From NCBI GenBank assembly GCA_024231025.1, contig JAAEQW010000256.1:66954-130953 (forward strand): a stretch of DNA of 64,000 nt, given 5' to 3'. The position numbers and the translations under genes were made by a program. Shown in pieces: positions 60,601-64,000 of this stretch. The stretch is from Candidatus Omnitrophota bacterium. Lineage in GTDB: Bacteria; Omnitrophota; Gorgyraeia; Duberdicusellales; 4484-171. A model generated the notes under the pieces. The model did not search any database and had not been told where the DNA came from. It worked only from the letters and a program-made list of their open reading frames with translations. Every line of letters starts with the position of its first letter. Position 1 is the first letter of the stretch.

Positions 60601-60961
60601 GTTTACTGTGATGGTTGATGGCGAACTGCCAAGCAGTGCTGATGGTGGAATGCGCTTTGTGAAGAGTAGTTTCTATGATTATCGTCCCGAACAAGTAAGA
60701 GCTGCTCATGCTCAACGCATCGAAGCGGCTAAAAAGCGTGGCGATAGCGCGGCGCTCAATTATTGGAAGAGCTCGGCGGTGATAGATGTTGATGGAGTAG
60801 CAATGGTGGTTGAACCCGGTGAAGCCGGGGTTAACCCAATGTATCGCTATGAAATTCAAACCTTATTCGACGATTACATGGATACAATGATTGGCATAAC
60901 CCGTAGTGGTGCAGGAACTGGACCAACGATACAGATGCGGCCGAATGGGATCGGAAAATAG
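54653..60961 (+). CDS. Giant secreted protein with glycine-zipper hydrophobic helices and a coiled coil
   Basis: KKIVSAIVALIFLFNVCTPAYA signal; several GxxxG-rich helices; coiled coil at ~aa 850-930; no recognised catalytic motif. Confidence 0.8.
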   Translation: MKQKSNKMGSGDRGRFLNFSLSSFKGKKIVSAIVALIFLFNVCTPAYAWRDGNHSHTTSAAAFGGGALGGLVTGVFILIGNGGLTSWGSVVAGAASDITGAIMYYESYDTYDETMTIGGEELDWSLGKVDITITKGQFWSMTAGIIAGCIVGVVGGVASGVKTAAAEAAKEGVKEISSEAIKEVTKTATDIAVETMKNVVVGSMIGAVAGAAGGAIVGAISDGKEGALKGLGKGAVLGAAAGAGGALLTGVLRGIEKVLASTMGDSLAGTIAENVINHTLRNALIKLPVDFACAFGALVVSRTVEEVLVQKHDMDRTLAGMIGGVAGMGARFLTQPVLMQTWTQNNYYMSNRGIVLSAGEKKRLDMVANFKKTLKKSKDKIEVGQIDAKTGEVTQSKTISVSRLADAKYIGSGVFQLENGSQVDINSNGMRGLSPEIMKAVKGYANIVARVDPSMRITGDVARTFGGGAVQDSFFAPIHSVVSVGPRPIISTATQVAILYALDYKTFYGRGDSERGKKKNYRNALKMALARSAGSLAGELSTGWLTQAYNPWSSRPQDMAGFKGWAQHTGRAVAVESGGLLADVAFARMTYAWNLNTAYGLQGLVHLGMSSLVGGTLDTLFREDRMKAEKTVFVEVKDEPEYVDEKKLVKKEPETLSEEEHRERYSAARGWEPDENATKPSKGIYVYTNTKTDETKTYKKQHSVVDVPKGYESAYSKASVGAPRVDIFFICVGMDFANNFKEASINAALMPYPYRSTGTGMGAMAANFENQDRFTRRIAMHMRGVGPVQARAIEAGQALSGQARGRFANSFGYSIANTWLPYRYQSYAAFMPDVDAHLDENVSTPGRESEKLYKDRKETKEQRQKVRQETQEVEKKIATIELSNLDKKSDDTLVALQKRLIELKVQDKALGNKLAQNKKDIQNLRTKTVNAYGDLSPIYFNGGIVNYSVDRRISDYAVVRESIQFTGERSAEEKENAMIHNEDPSQYRSIEVEAKATLERAGDDEEIEISSFQGTYNPSLAGRPLAVEHYSTQLSHGVSVNNLAGALEGAEHPLIVGDGLTITKPDQLDEAKNRLYDIMADDPDAPIYYKELKAEKDLNDQVVEKRAQEQVKGAKASTEKVKPIILVTDKKKRAIAEEMTGIVERLNGAVKGDENAKRNFGSGLIGVMALRRQGNSYYRATWVLGEGDEKKAKVARVIDDLGVSRGGGIKLQHSDKPSLTARTTRDIYGRSIETKEYGWHYDVKEEEIGVSDPQSKRKPGTTTPEKKKVSGNGGYRLVSRDLEGDDKVLKVTKHVYKDSKEAREAAIELSKKMPNWHIQIYENDEIAEIEDDKFLLVEDSPEHSLIAAISPEAAAAGLIPSKIPDDYKIRAAYPRTETTGTWKNVEVATTEYYYGPMGQAMSIRSEDPIKSQRRKKDYSAANIVDVRQLTLRKHEDETGAIRKVELIENVDGEEKVLSEFRGKEGENPFDEAVAYAATLQSPDPTMETVDYDSTGDQHYIVMRDPKTQKITGFATKDSYAKHKDAYAKANELIDGLLQGGGDEALPKDTIFEIYMAHEIGKTKDGQLVILDDEASDAALAEAPVGKYALKPSSLTGRKAPSQGPDDHSPDAVDFGKATVQAASVAKGDDPNVTYAISIYDTKSDLEFVKSLGDGGWTRSPYVGGPSGRLIAQDIHHGPQLLSKNVPYNPNMPSNLLKVVRIHLENRFLQEAGLKELAVDDIDVDTEEIVDEMYDRFVKKAPKFKDRVLDVRGAKGNKEEAYSKVMSNSNYNLGKIANETYNEVVNERFKRAGLNDQAWNTMMQRPITRMESFQFFENKNIAGKTYSLPTWGAKAGYNAARRPNRDVVYDALRPNTMLSATEDYVLQYDAGDRVIDITVVAGETIEDALAREDIFVSRKEYTASKDGRKFAVNKDKTFNEAEYEETGFLSKPKERNIVLGGDKAIRVGPSQSPQEALKEHEIIGTTFISEEDFVNRVVAPNEEMFTVMVDGELPSSADGGMRFVKSSFYDYRPEQVRAAHAQRIEAAKKRGDSAALNYWKSSAVIDVDGVAMVVEPGEAGVNPMYRYEIQTLFDDYMDTMIGITRSGAGTGPTIQMRPNGIGK

Positions 60962-61052
60962 ATGCATAGTTCAAATAAAGAGAGCATAAGTGATTGATTG
61001 TCAAATAGTTATGAGACGAAATGTCCTTTTTTATAAAAAGATGTAAATTTAC

Positions 61053-61081
61053 TTGTTTTTTACTAATATAAGTGTTATAAA
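61053..61081 (+). promoter_or_regulatory. Putative promoter of riboswitch 3
   Basis: TTGTTT-N17-TATAAA with an extended -10 TG. Confidence 0.5.
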
Positions 61082-61087
61082 TGGGTG

Positions 61088-61224
61088 AAGTACGAAAAGG
61101 CAAACCCCGAGTGATCGGGGGGCGCAAAGCCACGGGTCCTGAAGTTAGGTGTATTCTCGCAGATTGCCTAAGGGTGATCTGTCTGTGCACATTTAGTTTG
61201 ACGATAGCCGGGTTACCGAATATT
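61088..61224 (+). ncRNA. c-di-GMP-I riboswitch 3 with a long P3 extension
   Basis: CGAAAAGGCAAACCCCGA-GTGA-TCGGGGGGCGCAAAGCCACGGGTCC...GATAGCCGGGTTACCGAA. Confidence 0.92.
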
Positions 61225-61255
61225 ATTGATATTTAGTAACCCGGTTTTCATTTTT
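61207..61255 (+). terminator. Terminator overlapping the riboswitch 3 3' strand
   Basis: GCCGGGTTAC / GTAACCCGGT stem followed by TTTCATTTTT. Confidence 0.78.
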
Positions 61256-61482
61256 CCGCCTTAAGCGGGAAAATGACCCTGAGCACCTCGACCTTGCTCG
61301 GCATAAACTCCGTCGAAGGGTCTTGAGACTTGGTTTCTAAGCGATTGAAACTAAGATTAAAGCGGTTGTGGTAATAGTGTTTTTTGATTGTAGATAGCGG
61401 AAAGTGGAAAAAAGACGTTAAAATCGGCGGAAAATGCTTTTGAAAGCATTTTCATTTTTTGCCAAAAAAACGTCTTTTTGGC

Positions 61483-61512
61483 TTGCTTTCACTTATCTAT
61501 AAATGTTATATA
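61483..61512 (+). promoter_or_regulatory. Putative internal promoter of riboswitch 4
   Basis: TTGCTT-N18-TATATA with an extended -10 TG. Confidence 0.45.
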
Positions 61513-61526
61513 TGTATTGCAGACAG

Positions 61527-61651
61527 CGGTACGAAAAGGCAAACCTCGAGTGATCGGGGGGCGCAAAACCACGGGTCCCAAAATTACGGTTAAAGTAAGA
61601 AATAGCTTTTGGCTGGATTTTGCATTAGGGATAGCCGGGTTACCGAATATT
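61527..61651 (+). ncRNA. c-di-GMP-I riboswitch 4
   Basis: CGAAAAGGCAAACCTCGA-GTGA-TCGGGGGGCGCAAAACCACGGGTCCC...GGGATAGCCGGGTTACCGAA. Confidence 0.92.
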
Positions 61652-61677
61652 ATTGATATTTAGTAACCCGGTTTTTT
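61634..61677 (+). terminator. Terminator overlapping the riboswitch 4 3' strand
   Basis: Same stem as 61207-61245, followed by a T run. Confidence 0.82.
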
Positions 61678-61802
61678 AATGAGACTTGCATTCTGGTAGT
61701 TCAGAATGCGTAGCCGAATTAATCCCGTTTTACGGGATAAGTGAGACTTGGTTTCTAAGCGATTGAAATTGAGATTACAACGATTCGACGATTGTGACTG
61801 CT

Positions 61803-64000
61803 ATGAGAGAAAAACTTAACAATAGAGCGAACTGTGGGGGAAAGGGGGAGGTTTTGAGCCTCTCAATTCCGTTAAAAGAAGAGAACCTCAAAGTTTCCGT
61901 ATCCTTCAAACAGGACACTCCCAACCCCGATGAACCGTACGTAAGCGCTTGGCAAAAGTTTAAAAAGTCACCGCTTTTTAAAGTTGTTGCTTTCACGGTG
62001 CTGTTTATTTTTGTTTTTGAAGACATAACTCGTGCCGCTGGTTTAAGCGCGCCAATTATTCCTGTTCAATCATCTCCAATGATGATGGCTAGCGCTCCTT
62101 TGCCGTTGCGCTTGCTGCCTTTGGTTCATGCTTCTTTTGAAGACGGGGACAGTTCGGGCTGGTCGGCAGTCAACGATTACCAAGATTTTCAAACAACTCC
62201 CTACAGCTACGATGTTTCAATGAGCGGATACCAAATGCAATCTAATAATTTGAGTGCTCAGGACCTGCAACATTCCGAGAATATTCCGCTGGGAGTTACT
62301 TACACCACCCATGGTGCTAATGGTCAGGTTGAATGGATGGGTCAAAGCGTTGCTGGAAAACAGATAATTAACACCTACACCGCTGCTGATGGTCTTGAAA
62401 GGACCACCGGCATAAACATATATTATGACGACCCGGCTAGTATCCAGCAGGATGGTGGCGTGGTTACTTCGGCTCGTTTAGGCGAAGTTTTAATGACACC
62501 TGAGGGCGGCGAAGTCAAAATTGGTTTTAGCGGAAACAGTTATTGGAAGTCTGAAGACGGTGCGCAAGGCTCTACCGCGTTTAAGGTGTCTAAAGAGGAC
62601 GGAGCAGCAACGTTATGGATCGCAGAAAATGGTGGGCTCAGATTTCATGGTAAGCCAACGCAGGACTCTTTTTACCAAATGGATCACAGCGCGATTCGTG
62701 GTGGTGATTTTTCTAGTGCGCCGACTACTTCGTGGAACGCGATCATGGATACGGTTCGCAATCCTGATCCGATAAGAAAACAAGGTGGCGGTTACACCCC
62801 CCATAGCGGTGCTGATCACATTTCAACATTTTCTGTTGTACCGGTTGCCGGTCAAGATGGTAGCGGATTGCAACACATGATTCCGTTTCAAACGAAAGAG
62901 ATGGATAAGTCGGTAATGGCAATTGATATTACCGATGCCGGAGTAACCGTTGGTGCCGGTAGCACGATTGGTTGGGGTTATGGCCCTGGAAAGTCGGTAA
63001 ACGTGGTAGATAATTTTGGCTTTAGGACCAAAGGCGTGGGGATAAAAAACGGGATTGTTGACGGCTCTGTTAGTTTTCATCCGCAAGCAATGCCGGGGCA
63101 GTCTTTGGTTATGCAGACACATAATTTAACCGCGATTAACACCGGTAGAAGTGACCTTTCCTGGGTTGCACGTACTTATGAGACAAATGCTTCCGGCGGT
63201 TTTAGTGATACAACAGCGTACGTTGAATTGGAGGATCACTTTAGCATTGATTCGAACATTGACGGAGCGCTTTATGTGAAAGACTTAAATAAGGCAGCAA
63301 GGGGAGGACAGTCGAATTACGGTGATATTATAAGTAAGAGATTTGATACAAACCAAGTTGGTCATTTGAAAATCACCGAATTTAAAGCAGATACTCAAGG
63401 GTATATGCGGGCAATCGTTGGTCGAGAAGGCCAATACATTGGTGCTCAGGGGATAGATGTAATGCAAAACCGAGTCGGACTCACCGGAGCTGTTAACCGT
63501 GAAGCCGAATACAATAAAACAACGGATATTCTGGATGCGCCAGCGGTGGCTACTTTTGGGAATCTAACCAACAATACCGGTTCATTTGCGGCTAATGACC
63601 CTGACGAATATATAACGTTTACTCCTTATGCTAAATCGCTTGCCCTTGAAGACGGAGCGAAAATTACCTTGCTGGATCCAATTGGTGATGACGCCGATAA
63701 AATTCATTTTATGAACCTAACGGCAAAAGATAACCATGGTTTTATTGACGGTGATCTTATAACTATTGATTACCGTGCCGATAGCGGGATTAGATTAGAA
63801 AATAGTAACACGAGGAGAGAGCTGGTTAATTTTAGAGACATTAATCACGTGGTAACAGTTATCAACCGAGATGTTACGGAGTTGCAGGGGTTTTCTTCAA
63901 TTAAGGTGGGGGCCGAATTTACGCTTTTGAATAACTTAGTTGACGGCGAAGTTGAATATGGAGAAGTTATTAACGCGCCGGTGCACGAAATTGGCAAAAC
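61803..64000 (+). CDS. 5' part of a large secreted protein running off the window (not in the ORF track)
   Basis: I found no stop from ATG 61803 to 64000 (>730 aa); FKVVAFTVLFIFVFEDITRAA signal-like segment followed by G/T/D-rich beta-type sequence. Confidence 0.85.
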   Translation, partial: MREKLNNRANCGGKGEVLSLSIPLKEENLKVSVSFKQDTPNPDEPYVSAWQKFKKSPLFKVVAFTVLFIFVFEDITRAAGLSAPIIPVQSSPMMMASAPLPLRLLPLVHASFEDGDSSGWSAVNDYQDFQTTPYSYDVSMSGYQMQSNNLSAQDLQHSENIPLGVTYTTHGANGQVEWMGQSVAGKQIINTYTAADGLERTTGINIYYDDPASIQQDGGVVTSARLGEVLMTPEGGEVKIGFSGNSYWKSEDGAQGSTAFKVSKEDGAATLWIAENGGLRFHGKPTQDSFYQMDHSAIRGGDFSSAPTTSWNAIMDTVRNPDPIRKQGGGYTPHSGADHISTFSVVPVAGQDGSGLQHMIPFQTKEMDKSVMAIDITDAGVTVGAGSTIGWGYGPGKSVNVVDNFGFRTKGVGIKNGIVDGSVSFHPQAMPGQSLVMQTHNLTAINTGRSDLSWVARTYETNASGGFSDTTAYVELEDHFSIDSNIDGALYVKDLNKAARGGQSNYGDIISKRFDTNQVGHLKITEFKADTQGYMRAIVGREGQYIGAQGIDVMQNRVGLTGAVNREAEYNKTTDILDAPAVATFGNLTNNTGSFAANDPDEYITFTPYAKSLALEDGAKITLLDPIGDDADKIHFMNLTAKDNHGFIDGDLITIDYRADSGIRLENSNTRRELVNFRDINHVVTVINRDVTELQGFSSIKVGAEFTLLNNLVDGEVEYGEVINAPVHEIGK

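Noticed and set aside
39018-61651. Riboswitches as the Geobacter-type cGAMP (A20) subclass
   Set aside because: All four have G at the position equivalent to G20.
54520-61663. ORFs 54520-54762(-), 60831-61190(-) and 61478-61663(+) with similar peptides (PVALR..ITRGLPF)
   Set aside because: The similarity comes from translating riboswitch sequence; they are not a protein family.
1-64000. tRNA, rRNA, prophage or integron integrase
   Set aside because: None recognised by eye; tRNAscan-SE and HMM searches would be needed to exclude them formally.

Overview
AT-rich bacterial chromosome segment, most likely from Candidatus Omnitrophota; this is an inference from the giant-protein family signatures, the Tad locus layout and the gene content. 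Left to right it holds: a 2417-aa giant exported protein (two GHKL ATPase modules plus a HEXXH motif) bracketed by ~74-bp direct repeats next to a REP-associated tyrosine transposase (RAYT); a housekeeping run (ilvB, HD-GYP, ilvN, ilvC, leuA, aroE, pilD, aroC, folC, mnmE, folE) interrupted by a second RAYT/REP unit; an ECF sigma/anti-sigma operon with two repeat proteins; uvrD, a PilZ protein, two CNNM genes and an RNA-free RNase P (HARP); a Tad pilus locus with a secretin-TonB_C fusion, a TadZ-TadA fusion and 12 prepilin-like genes; lipid/prenyltransferase genes; and two more very large secreted proteins. Four c-di-GMP-I (GEMM) riboswitch-like RNAs precede the pilin array and the last two large genes. 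One appears to replace the tetraloop-receptor contact with a kissing loop, one has an altered ligand-pocket strand, and two form a tandem with overlapping terminators. Intergenic DNA is rich in REP, MITE and long-hairpin elements, including a 176-nt two-copy element with compensatory base changes. I saw no tRNA, rRNA or CRISPR array. All calls were made by eye with no database searches.
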